Of a DNA stretch of 64,000 nt, positions 16,532 through 24,850 are shown piece after piece; positions within the stretch are counted from its first letter, which is position 1, and every line of letters begins with the position of its first letter. A program made the position numbers and the translations under genes. The notes under the pieces are model-generated. The model had not been told where the DNA came from and did no database searches. It saw only the letters and a program-made list of their open reading frames with translations. Source of the stretch: a virus; the IMG/VR virus record IMGVR_UViG_3300009537_000007, positions 1 through 64,000 of that record. One strand, written 5' to 3'.

Positions 16532-16549
16532 ACGATTAGGAACGAGACA

Positions 16550-16783
16550 ATGACTGACTGGCAACTAATCGAGACAGCGCAGAAGAATGGTTTAGAAATC
16601 ATCTTATATGACGGCCACGGTGTATTCGCGGGCTATTGGGAAGGCACCCCCAATTACTGGAATGAAACCGGCTGGCAAGAAGAAGGCGGACGGGGAGGTA
16701 TGTTCTTTTCCCGGCACCCGTGTAAGCCTACCCACTGGATGCCAATGCCGAGTGGGCCTCCAAAGGAACGAGACAATGAGTGA
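16550..16783 (+). CDS. DUF551-like phage protein (77 aa)
   Basis: MTDWQLIETAQKNG...KPTHWMPMPSGPP matches the DUF551 W...THWMPLP pattern. Starts and ends in junction repeats. Confidence 0.6.
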   Translation: MTDWQLIETAQKNGLEIILYDGHGVFAGYWEGTPNYWNETGWQEEGGRGGMFFSRHPCKPTHWMPMPSGPPKERDNE

Positions 16784-17030
16784 CCTTCCACGCCGACTTC
16801 GGGAAACAGCGCACCACAAACAAAACCAAGGCACCCCGCGCCCAACAAGGCTGCTTTGTGAATCCGCTGACAAGATTGAACGGCTGTTGGCGGTGCTGGG
16901 GGGGGTCGAAACATTGATGATGGCCGTAGAGCCCCGGAGCCACAAGTCCGAATACATGGACACGTTGCGAGTGGTGCGGGAGGCCTTATCGGAGGAACGA
17001 GACAATGATTACCGTATCCATCTTGATTAA
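16776..17030 (+). CDS. hypothetical protein, paralogue 3 (84 aa)
   Basis: MSDLPRRLRE...CESADKIERLLAVL. Reads through junction copy 6 (ERDND...). Confidence 0.5.
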   Translation: MSDLPRRLRETAHHKQNQGTPRPTRLLCESADKIERLLAVLGGVETLMMAVEPRSHKSEYMDTLRVVREALSEERDNDYRIHLD

Positions 17031-17202
17031 CGGCCACCCAATCTATACCAGAAGCGCGGTCAATGTCGGAGAAGATGCCAATTACCCGGGACGCCACCGC
17101 TACGCGCTAGACGATGGTTCGGAACTGATGCACACCCGCGATGATGGGGCGGTGCCACTAGCCATCCAGATGCTTGGAACCATTAAAGAACAGCTATCAT
17201 AG
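17005..17202 (+). CDS. hypothetical protein (65 aa)
   Basis: Starts at the junction copy 6 ATG. Confidence 0.5.
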   Translation: MITVSILINGHPIYTRSAVNVGEDANYPGRHRYALDDGSELMHTRDDGAVPLAIQMLGTIKEQLS

Positions 17203-17213
17203 GGAACGAGACA

Positions 17214-17315
17214 ATGACTATAAACGGTGGACTACTTTTGTTCGTCTTTCTGATGATATGCGCCATTGTGTTTCTTGGCGGTCACGAGGACGGTGATGGT
17301 GGAAGTGGTCAGTGA
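17214..17315 (+). CDS. possible 33-aa TM peptide
   Basis: Starts at the junction copy 7 ATG. Encodes GGLLLFVFLMICAIVFLGG. Confidence 0.35.
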   Translation: MTINGGLLLFVFLMICAIVFLGGHEDGDGGSGQ

Positions 17316-17365
17316 ACAACTGACGAGCGAGTAGAGGAACGAGACAATGACTGACTCGTCGATGG

Positions 17366-17491
17366 TTATTCTCCCCTAAACTTATCCCATCGGAACGGCG
17401 GCGGCGTGTTGGCCTCCTTGTCGTATTCAACAAAGAGATAAATCCAGATTGCCAGGGCGGCGACAAACACAAGGGTTCCGAACCAGGTCAT
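17366..17491 (-). CDS. small membrane protein (41 aa), last gene of the minus-strand operon
   Basis: ATGA overlap with the GNAT stop. TM segment WFGTLVFVAALAIWIYLFV. Below the ORF-track cutoff. Confidence 0.45.
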   Translation of the reverse strand: MTWFGTLVFVAALAIWIYLFVEYDKEANTPPPFRWDKFRGE

Positions 17492-17916
17492 TCCAGTTCC
17501 TTGCGCCAATAAAGGCTGCGCTTGAACGCCCATTTATTACATGGCGAATACAGCTTAAACCCGCAACTTATCAGGGAGTTCGACGACGCTAGGTTTTCCG
17601 GGGTAGTGTCTGTAACAAGCCAATTCCAGCCAAGGATTCTGGCTTTCTTCTCCCGCACCCTAATCAGGCGTTTTTGCAGCCCTTGTCCTTGGTGGGGCCA
17701 AGTCACCCCGACGCGGCACAGGTATCCGCAATCAATGTATTTGTTTGAATGATGAAGTCCGGCAAACCCCGCCGGTTTGTTGTTATGTGTTATCAGCCAC
17801 CAGTAGCCGGTTTCAATTTCGCTTTTTTTAAGCCGCTTGCCATCGAACAGCTTTTCGTGCATCGTCTGAATGTCGTCTGCAAAGCGGTCATCGACCGCTG
17901 TGATGCAGTATTTCAC
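17488..17916 (-). CDS. GNAT-family N-acetyltransferase
   Basis: YLCRVGVTWPHQGQGLQKRLIRVREKKARILGW is GNAT motif A (Q/R-x-x-G-x-G). Confidence 0.65.
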   Translation of the reverse strand: MKYCITAVDDRFADDIQTMHEKLFDGKRLKKSEIETGYWWLITHNNKPAGFAGLHHSNKYIDCGYLCRVGVTWPHQGQGLQKRLIRVREKKARILGWNWLVTDTTPENLASSNSLISCGFKLYSPCNKWAFKRSLYWRKELE

Positions 17917-18020
17917 CAGAGATTCCCCCTCATCAGCCAGCGGCCAACAAGATAGCCGACAAAAACCAACACCATGACACCCAGGATGATCCCGAAAAAC
18001 GCGCTTACCACACAGCTCAT
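17913..18020 (-). CDS. small membrane protein (35 aa)
   Basis: ATGA-coupled at both ends. Encodes MSCVVSAFFGIILGVMVLVFVGYLVGRW. Confidence 0.45.
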   Translation of the reverse strand: MSCVVSAFFGIILGVMVLVFVGYLVGRWLMRGNLW

Positions 18021-18415
18021 GGTGCCTCCAATACGGGTTTGATGTTTCTGGCAGCCGGGCCGCCGAACAGTTTCAGGGCGTTGACCCACATGGCGCGGCG
18101 CGGCCACCACATGCCATCTTCTTCTAGGATGCGCCCGAGTTCCTCATCCGCCACCGTGCGCCATTCGGGTTTCAGGAGCCCGTTACGCAACAGTTGGTAA
18201 ATCGAATCGTGGTAAAGCGACCCGCGCATAGAGTTCTTGCTGTCGTAGGTTGGCCCCGACGCCCCGTCCCAGGCATACCCGGCCTCGACGATCAGCGTTC
18301 CGTCTTTGAACAGTTGCAGGAAGCGGGTGGAAACGTCGCGGTCGGGTCGGACCTTGGTCTTGAATGTCTCGCGCTCGGATAATTGGTATTTGTAGCCGTC
18401 GCGGTAGAACATCAC
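18017..18415 (-). CDS. DUF1353-like protein
   Basis: AGYAWDGASGPT...GSLYHDSIYQL resembles the DUF1353 D-G-A-S...H-D core. Confidence 0.55.
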   Translation of the reverse strand: MMFYRDGYKYQLSERETFKTKVRPDRDVSTRFLQLFKDGTLIVEAGYAWDGASGPTYDSKNSMRGSLYHDSIYQLLRNGLLKPEWRTVADEELGRILEEDGMWWPRRAMWVNALKLFGGPAARNIKPVLEAP

Positions 18416-18615
18416 AGCCCCTTGAGCAATTCCCCGAGTTTAACCAGCATATCCCCCACGGCATGGATACTTTCCGGGGATACCCCGAACAGGGTCAACA
18501 GCCCGCCGACCACACCTAGGCCAGCAGCCTTCTTGGGGTTGTCGTCGGACTTCCCGGCTAAGAAACCTAGCCCGGTTTGGCCCTTGCGGAGCAAAAATGG
18601 TATAAGTTTCAACAC
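18412..18615 (-). CDS. holin-like small membrane protein (67 aa, GTG start)
   Basis: AGGAGG 5 nt upstream of the GTG. Hydrophobic G-rich segments. Located in the lysis region. Confidence 0.45.
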   Translation of the reverse strand: MLKLIPFLLRKGQTGLGFLAGKSDDNPKKAAGLGVVGGLLTLFGVSPESIHAVGDMLVKLGELLKGL

Positions 18616-18846
18616 GGAGACCTCCTATATCAAAATGGCGATGGTAGCTGAAATAACAATTGCGGCTGGTGTGAGTTCAGACAGGCATAAGCCGCCCTCG
18701 ATGCCAAACCATCGGGCGGCTTCAACAAACAGGCCACAGTGCGTGGCGTCTATGGGACTTTGGGCCAGCCCATTTTCCTAAACCTCTCAACGGTAATAAA
18801 ATTATATAACATTATATCTCTAAAAAACACCTAACGCGAATATACC

Positions 18847-19020
18847 TTATTTTTCAATTAGTTGATCTGGTAGTCCGGCTATTTCCTCCAAAGACCACAC
18901 ATGGTCGGCAATTCCGACATCCATAGCCGGAGTAACACGAAGGCTCTGGCAACCCGTATCGGGGGAATGCCTACCTTCGTAACCGCACAGGGCTAGTTTT
19001 AGTGTCCTGTTGTTCGTCGG
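18847..19020 (-). pseudogene. remnant of a DDE transposase C-terminus
   Basis: The frame reads ...CQSLRVTPAMDVGIADHVWSLEEIAGLPDQLIEK-stop. The RVTPAM-x-G-x-x-DHVWS-x-EE tail is one I recall at the end of IS1/IS1595-type transposases. There is no intact upstream catalytic ORF. Confidence 0.35.
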
Positions 19021-19183
19021 ATTTCAGTGAACGCCCACGAAAGGGAGAGTTGATATTGTATTCTGCTCCTGTAACACCCATCCGACGCAATTCGCGTAGG
19101 GTGGCAAGCCCCTTGTTAAGATTATTCTCGTCCACCTTTGGGTTTGCCGCAATTAAGTCCTTTGTTTTCTGCTGTTCTGCCAT
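18971..19183 (-). CDS. hypothetical protein (70 aa), possibly part of the decayed element
   Basis: GGGGG SD upstream of the ATG at 19183. No family recognised. Overlaps the transposase-tail frame. Confidence 0.35.
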   Translation of the reverse strand: MAEQQKTKDLIAANPKVDENNLNKGLATLRELRRMGVTGAEYNINSPFRGRSLKSDEQQDTKTSPVRLRR

Positions 19184-19615
19184 TTTAACCCCCAGAAAAC
19201 GGGACAAATTTTCCGTCCCTGTGAAGCACGTTTTCCAACCTTACGGTCATTTTGGCACCCGCAACGACCGAATACTACTAAAAAATCGGGCCCCGCAATC
19301 TTAGCTATCCGTTCCCGGAGGTGCTACCCAAGAGCACTTTCGCCAAGCAAGGGGCCCGATTTAAACATCCGAGGGTGTATTCCTCAGCGGAAAGGGGGAT
19401 AATAGCAAATATCCACACCCCCGTCAACTGCGTTGTGCCTTTTGGGTCGAAATATGCCAGATTTGGCATAACCGACTTTATCCCCATTATTGGGGAATTA
19501 TGCTACATGCGGTCCAGAGAGCGATCCAAGGACGGGGATTTGTGCAGTTGTCTTTTCACCCCGAAAACGCACCAGCGGGCAAATTTGGGCCTCCTGGGGC
19601 CTATTTGGGGTATAT

Positions 19616-20086
19616 TTAAACCCCGTTTACCATCCGGCGGTAGTCCAGGACATACTTAGGGGTGGTCCCGGCCCCCAGGTGGGTGTTCCAGACCCGCTTC
19701 CAATACGCCGCCTGTCCCTCCAGGTCCTCGGGGATCGGCTCCGGGTCGGACCAGTATCTAACCCGGCACATAGCTGTGGCGTAGTTGAGATTGCCTATCA
19801 ACTGCCGTTCTGGGGTGGGGTAAAGGGAAAGAAGGCTCCGCACCGACGAAGCCATGCTGTGGTGGTTTTTCATGTATCGCCAGGTATCGGAATGAGTCTT
19901 TGGCTCCATCTGATAAAAGCCAAGGGCTGGCCCCTCCGGGTGCTGTCTCAGGTGCCTCAACCCGCTTTCGACGACAGCCGTGCCTACAACCAAATCCTCG
20001 GCGGGCTGTGACCACATGCCGAGATAGCGAAGGATCGGTCCGACTACATCATTTCTTAGGTGTTCGGGATTTAGTCCGTTTGGCAT
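19616..20086 (-). CDS. lytic transglycosylase-type endolysin (SLT-like)
   Basis: GTAVVESGLRHLRQ....GPALGFYQMEP fits the SLT catalytic E-S ... G-(L/F)-x-Q motif. Confidence 0.55.
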   Translation of the reverse strand: MPNGLNPEHLRNDVVGPILRYLGMWSQPAEDLVVGTAVVESGLRHLRQHPEGPALGFYQMEPKTHSDTWRYMKNHHSMASSVRSLLSLYPTPERQLIGNLNYATAMCRVRYWSDPEPIPEDLEGQAAYWKRVWNTHLGAGTTPKYVLDYRRMVNGV

Positions 20087-20234
20087 GAAATATCCCCGCT
20101 ATGATAATTGCCTTTTTTGCCCATTTGATAAAATCATCATGGTAAAATTCCTTTACATGAGTCTCATCGTGTTCGTCGATCAGAACAACGGCGACTCCAT
20201 CAGGGCTTTCCTTCAAAAGTAATTTTGGGGTCAT
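20049..20234 (-). CDS. hypothetical protein (61 aa)
   Basis: ATGA-coupled to the upstream gene. Its 3' end overlaps the endolysin start by 38 nt. Confidence 0.4.
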   Translation of the reverse strand: MTPKLLLKESPDGVAVVLIDEHDETHVKEFYHDDFIKWAKKAIIIAGIFHAKRTKSRTPKK

Positions 20235-21760
20235 AGACGCCATGTTCCGTTTATGATGTTAAGAAGACTTCTTTTCCCGTTGCCGTAATGAACACAGTGA
20301 GTGTTCAGCCAGGATGATGGGCCTGAATTATAATTAAGTCTCAGGTATGTGCTGGTTCCGACCTGGTAACAGCCTTCATAAATCCCGGGGGAATGACCAT
20401 GTGCCACCGTTGACCTGATACCAATTTTGGAAAACCCGCGTATGTTCCCACGTGCCCCGTTCAACCCCCTGTCGCCGTGCATGCCGACCTCGACACCCTT
20501 GAGGACGCAGCTTTCATCACGACTGAGGAATTTTAACTTAGATTTTACAAGCTGTTTGGCCCAATAAAGAAACGGGTCCACGGAGGCCCCGCCCGATATG
20601 CTCATGCGAGCAGATCGAACGACAGCCAACGCGGTTTCCAGATAAAACTCTGCGTTCTCCGGGTCGTTGCGCCAGTCGCTTTCCTTTATCCAGCGAGCCA
20701 GGGCTTCTGGATGATTCGACGGGACCAATATGTTCTGGGTGTATCCGGGTGCATGAATGTCAATAAAGCTGCACGCCCTTTCAACCTCAGCTCTAACATC
20801 TCCCAATCCTGACCTGTGTTTAATTTGGGCAAGAATTGGATCGCCCCTGTGGTGGTGACTGCGTGAATAAAAGTCCAACAAGTCATGCCAAACAAGGTTT
20901 TTTGGCCTTATCGTTTTCACCATGCAATCCGGTGCAGTAAAGGTGGCGGCGATTACCCTTGGGTCGATAAAATCAACATGAGTATCGCCCATAACAAGGG
21001 CCTCTGCTTGTGGGGCACGCTTAACACCATCCTTTGTGGCCTCCTTGTCAAGATCGTTAAATGACCCATCCCTGCAGGCGATAATCTGGCGAAGATGAAA
21101 AATATCGCGCCCCACCTCTACCATTGCCGCGCCGAACGTGTGGTGGAATTCCCCCTTTTTCCCGGTTTTGGTATCAGAATAATTCAACACCGTAACAGCA
21201 CCGGTCGTGACCATGATCTTCGGTAATTTATGATGCGGTGTCGGAATGGTAATAAGCTGGACCTTTGGATGACCAACAACCCCTGATCGTTCTCCAGTTA
21301 TGCTTTCCAGTCCGGTTAGCGGGGACACCGCCGTTGGTTGAACCTTGATATCAGCAAGAATGGTCAGGTATTTATTGAGATCGAACCTCCCGTCATAGAG
21401 ATGGGGGGACAGTTGCTCATCCCACCATTCGTTGGTTTCGTTTTGTTCGGACCATAGAGAGGTTGGATTTCTGTAGCGGAACGGGATTACAATTAGCTCC
21501 GCACTTATATGTCTAGCGTAGTTTCGTAGGGCATCAAGGAAGGGCCCAAAAACTGGTGTGGCATTCTGCGCCGCAGTTATCAGGTATTTTTTTGATCTTG
21601 GTATTTTTGAAGAAAACTCGACGCTTGGTGGCTTGGAAAGGTGTGGATTTGTTGGTCGATAGCCACACTCCTGACACTTGTGGCGCTGGACTCCCGATTG
21701 CCTTCTGCCGTTCTTAACAATCCTTGAACTACCACAATTGAGACATTTTTTGTCTGACAT
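20231..21760 (-). CDS. Zn-ribbon + calcineurin-like metallophosphoesterase protein (509 aa)
   Basis: N-terminal CLNCGS..(16)..CQECG ribbon. Phosphoesterase-like motifs GDTHVDF, HDLLDF, PSNHPE, GMHGDRG and AHGHSPG in the C-terminal half. Confidence 0.55.
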   Translation of the reverse strand: MSDKKCLNCGSSRIVKNGRRQSGVQRHKCQECGYRPTNPHLSKPPSVEFSSKIPRSKKYLITAAQNATPVFGPFLDALRNYARHISAELIVIPFRYRNPTSLWSEQNETNEWWDEQLSPHLYDGRFDLNKYLTILADIKVQPTAVSPLTGLESITGERSGVVGHPKVQLITIPTPHHKLPKIMVTTGAVTVLNYSDTKTGKKGEFHHTFGAAMVEVGRDIFHLRQIIACRDGSFNDLDKEATKDGVKRAPQAEALVMGDTHVDFIDPRVIAATFTAPDCMVKTIRPKNLVWHDLLDFYSRSHHHRGDPILAQIKHRSGLGDVRAEVERACSFIDIHAPGYTQNILVPSNHPEALARWIKESDWRNDPENAEFYLETALAVVRSARMSISGGASVDPFLYWAKQLVKSKLKFLSRDESCVLKGVEVGMHGDRGLNGARGNIRGFSKIGIRSTVAHGHSPGIYEGCYQVGTSTYLRLNYNSGPSSWLNTHCVHYGNGKRSLLNIINGTWRL

Positions 21761-21804
21761 GGGGGCTCTCTCTGATTGTTTAAATCCGAAAGCCTCGCTG
21801 GGGG

Positions 21805-22182
21805 TTATGTTTTTTTCTGTTCATGTGGGCCATTGGTGGCGTTTATATACACGTAAATAGTCGCCACATCAAAAAGGCTGGCTGCCCATATCTCTCCCGG
21901 CCCCGCCTGTGAATTTATGGTTGCCTCAAGTTTCTTAAGCATCCCCGGAAACGGGAAGCTCCACGAAACGCACTGGCCGGTTCTTGTGTATTGCGTAAAC
22001 AAAAGATTTGATTCTTCCGTGCTATACACACTGATCTCGGCAATCTCGTTCAAGGTGTCTAGGTCTTTGCAAAACCCATTAACGTGAACCGTATCGCCGA
22101 CCATCCACTTCCCGGCCAGCGCCGGAGTTATAAAGAATACCACTAGAATTGCAGCGAGAATCATTTTTTGCATTGGGCCCAT
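21805..22182 (-). CDS. secreted hypothetical protein (signal peptide)
   Basis: MQKMILAAILVVFFITPALAG is signal-peptide-like, with two Cys in the mature part. Confidence 0.55.
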   Translation of the reverse strand: MGPMQKMILAAILVVFFITPALAGKWMVGDTVHVNGFCKDLDTLNEIAEISVYSTEESNLLFTQYTRTGQCVSWSFPFPGMLKKLEATINSQAGPGEIWAASLFDVATIYVYINATNGPHEQKKT

Positions 22183-22185
22183 CCT

Positions 22186-22479
22186 TTATCCACCTATTTT
22201 AACCTTAAACATCGACCACGCTTCCCGGGCCGCCGTGGCGAGAACACCGGCCCCTATCGTGACGGCTATAAGAACACCCGTGCCCTTGCTTTTCAGGGCC
22301 TTGAAGTCCTCGATGTGCTTGTGATGTTCTTCCACCCGCTTCACTACCGTCGGCAGGCAGGCAAGCCGGTTGTTCATGTCGTCCAGCTTGTCGAATATCT
22401 TGGTCTGTTGAACAGTGGCTATCTTTACCGATTCCTCCAAGTGACCAATCGCTCTGGATACATCGTCAATGCTATTCAT
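22186..22479 (-). CDS. hypothetical protein with C-terminal TM (DUF1515-like)
   Basis: Coiled N-terminus and a TGVLIAVTIGAGVLATAA TM segment. Start at an internal ATG overlapping the upstream stop. Confidence 0.45.
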   Translation of the reverse strand: MNSIDDVSRAIGHLEESVKIATVQQTKIFDKLDDMNNRLACLPTVVKRVEEHHKHIEDFKALKSKGTGVLIAVTIGAGVLATAAREAWSMFKVKIGG

Positions 22480-22714
22480 CGCGCCACTCCGGCAACTGCA
22501 TGAACGCTGGATCGCGGGTAACGGAAACACCGGGAAGGCTGTTTAGTTTTCTGGCCTCTTGTGGGGTTATCCGGCTGGACCCGAAAAACGCCAGCGTCTT
22601 GTCCTTGTTGAAGCGGGGAGTGCCGAGTTCCTCATCCAGCAGCCGGTTTAATCGGCGGTAAGCAGTCCTCGCCTCGCTGTGGCGAGCCGTGGGGATGATT
22701 ATCCAGACGATCAT
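22472..22714 (-). CDS. hypothetical protein (80 aa)
   Basis: Coupled ORF in the operon. Confidence 0.5.
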   Translation of the reverse strand: MIVWIIIPTARHSEARTAYRRLNRLLDEELGTPRFNKDKTLAFFGSSRITPQEARKLNSLPGVSVTRDPAFMQLPEWRDE

Positions 22715-22908
22715 GGCTTCACCCTATGCAAATCATCTATCCATGTTGGGTCGTTGGTGGCCGCTTCATCGTCTGAGCCTAAAAAGAAATCACCCCCGTC
22801 GAAGCTAAAGTATTCACCGCCTACCCAATAATGTTCTGGCTCTCCCCTTAAACGCCATACCAGAGAAGCAAAAAGACTAGCCAGCCAGAACCGAATTTTC
22901 CAAATCAT
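22711..22908 (-). CDS. hypothetical TM protein (65 aa)
   Basis: ATGA overlap with the tail-fibre stop. Encodes MIWKIRFWLASLFASLVW. Confidence 0.45.
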   Translation of the reverse strand: MIWKIRFWLASLFASLVWRLRGEPEHYWVGGEYFSFDGGDFFLGSDDEAATNDPTWIDDLHRVKP

Positions 22909-23735
22909 AATCCGAACCTCGATTTTGAAAGATCGTAGAAGCTGTCGCATTGGGCCTTGGTCCAGCTAACAGAGGACATTCCCCAGCCGTAAACACGGGC
23001 ACCGTTGGATAGTTTATTGCCGCCTGTGCTGGCCTCAACACCGCCAATGTCAAGCGCGGCAGTAGCGGCGGAAGCGGACGGCGATGTGTAAGTTCCATCA
23101 AACGTGTCCGCCGACGCAACCTGTAGATACGCACCCGTGTCATACATGAACGACCCGCCAGCACCCGTCGCCTCATCGAGCGAAAGAATGAACAATGCGG
23201 GGCTTCCGGTGGTGAAGCTGTCCGAGGATGTGACTGACAGGGCCGCCGTTCCCGCGCCGCCGCCCGTGTTGACCTGAAACTGGATTTTGTCGGTTCCGTT
23301 TTGAAGAATGGATATGCCGATGGAATTGGTGTTCTTGGCGTTGCCGCAAAAATCGTCTTGAGTGGACGCCACAAGCTGCATCCAGACCCAGATCGTTAAA
23401 TCCGCGTTGTTCTTGTGGAAATTATCGACATATGCTGGTTGAGTTTTCTGGTGATTGTAATCCCCGCCGTCATAGGAAAGATAGGTAGTGGACAGAAGAT
23501 TGCCCGCAGTGCCGGTAAACGTGGGATCGTCCGTGGTCGCGGTTCCGTCAACGCCGAACCACCAGTCGTCGGTAGCTGACCCGGATATGTTGGTAATTGT
23601 CTGCCCGGACCCGCCATAAGAAGTGGATGCGCCAATATCCACGACGTTCTCAAGGCCGGAAGTCAGGCCAGCGGATACAATGTTGTCGTAGAAGTTGGCC
23701 TTTATCAAACTGGGTGGAATGAACGGCATCAACAT
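22905..23735 (-). CDS. tail fibre/receptor-binding protein with LamG (concanavalin-like) fold
   Basis: S/T/G-rich beta-type sequence following the fibre gene. The pattern resembles the LamG protein at 54149. Confidence 0.5.
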   Translation of the reverse strand: MLMPFIPPSLIKANFYDNIVSAGLTSGLENVVDIGASTSYGGSGQTITNISGSATDDWWFGVDGTATTDDPTFTGTAGNLLSTTYLSYDGGDYNHQKTQPAYVDNFHKNNADLTIWVWMQLVASTQDDFCGNAKNTNSIGISILQNGTDKIQFQVNTGGGAGTAALSVTSSDSFTTGSPALFILSLDEATGAGGSFMYDTGAYLQVASADTFDGTYTSPSASAATAALDIGGVEASTGGNKLSNGARVYGWGMSSVSWTKAQCDSFYDLSKSRFGL

Positions 23736-24850
23736 TATTGCAGCGCCTTCACATGGAGATGGGAGAAGCCATTGCTTTTCGTAATGAAGAAGAAGAAATC
23801 ATCTCCATCTGTGGTTGAAATCGTGTCTCCGTCCACCAGAGTAAATCCAGATGTGGTGATCGTTCCGGCGCTTGCGTTGTTCGTATATTGAATGATAATG
23901 GTGCAACTGTTCGTCGGCGGAGCCAACGTGTGCGCCCCACCGTTGACGGCGTATTGCATATTGCCGTTAGCTTCATCGGGGGTGAATGTCCCGCTGGATT
24001 TGGTCCCGGCGTTGTAATCCGTGGCCGCAAAACCAACCGTTAGAACATCTGCCGTATCTGCGTAGAGCGTGTCCACATCAACTGCCTTACCACTTGCCCT
24101 TACGTAATTGGTGCAGCGATATGTCCCCGCGCCGTATTCGATAAACTCAGCCTCATCCCCAGCGGCAGTGGTAATGTTAACACCGCCCGGAAGAATCAGG
24201 TTCGTCGCATGATGAGTAAGGGTGAGGGCTCCGTCGAAGTGCAGCTTGATCTGAGTTCCAGCGCCGCCGGTAGTGTTGATCGATGTAATCGTGGTGGTGC
24301 CGGTAACGTCGAAGTAATTGCCGTCCGTTAAGACTGCAAGGGCCGTGGCACTAGCCACATCGGCCCCCTGTGACCACTGTATTTGCGCCCCATTACAATC
24401 CAGATCGCCACCGAGTTGTGGGGTGGTGTCTTCTACTATGTTGGAAAGGGAGTCGGCAATGTAATCAAGTCCTGCGATAACATTGGTGCCGTCGCAGTAG
24501 AGCATGGTCTTCTTGCCCTGCGTCACCGCGATGCCGGACCCGGCGGCGGTCTTAACCGTCAGGGTATAGGCCCCGGAGGTGTTGTTGAAGATGAAGTAAA
24601 CCTTGTCGCTGGTAGGAACGATGACGTTGATGTTGCCTGTAAGTGCCCCGTTATATTCGTGCCAGGCGTTCAGAGCCTCGGCAGAAGTTAAAGTAACATC
24701 AGACGATCCCGCAACACTCTTGGACAGCCGTGCGGCAACAGCATCATCGATATTATCCAGGACGGCGTTGAGCGCGGTGCCCCAGGTATTATTGTTATCG
24801 CCCGTTCCTTGTTTATCTAACGAAAGGGCGTCAGTATATGTGCTTGCCAT
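23735..24850 (-). CDS. tail fibre protein
   Basis: N-terminus ...LSLDKQGTGDNNNTWGTALNAVLDNIDDAV is a typical fibre N-terminal adaptor. G/T/A-rich beta-repeat body. Lies downstream of the giant gene, as T7 gp17 does. Confidence 0.6.
   Translation of the reverse strand: MASTYTDALSLDKQGTGDNNNTWGTALNAVLDNIDDAVAARLSKSVAGSSDVTLTSAEALNAWHEYNGALTGNINVIVPTSDKVYFIFNNTSGAYTLTVKTAAGSGIAVTQGKKTMLYCDGTNVIAGLDYIADSLSNIVEDTTPQLGGDLDCNGAQIQWSQGADVASATALAVLTDGNYFDVTGTTTITSINTTGGAGTQIKLHFDGALTLTHHATNLILPGGVNITTAAGDEAEFIEYGAGTYRCTNYVRASGKAVDVDTLYADTADVLTVGFAATDYNAGTKSSGTFTPDEANGNMQYAVNGGAHTLAPPTNSCTIIIQYTNNASAGTITTSGFTLVDGDTISTTDGDDFFFFITKSNGFSHLHVKALQ

Larger units (their letters stand above)
15429..17354 (+). 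repeat. array of 9 copies of start-associated junction GGAACGAGACAATGA(GTGA)
   Basis: Copies start at 15429 (variant GGAACGAGAAAAATGA), 15614, 15900, 16144, 16539, 16765, 16994, 17203 and 17336. In every copy the ATG is a candidate start. Four upstream ORFs end E-R-D-N-E-stop inside the repeat. Confidence 0.85.

Noticed and set aside
15429-17354. CRISPR array interpretation of the 15-19 bp repeats
   Set aside because: Repeats are too short and the spacers are variable (190-395 bp) and protein-coding. Every repeat contains a start codon in frame with an ORF. No cas genes are present.
17347-17379. 10-codon ORF at junction copy 8
   Set aside because: Too short. It overlaps the convergent end of the minus-strand operon, and the copy sits in the loop of a GACGAG/CUCGUC hairpin. 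Probably a vestigial junction.
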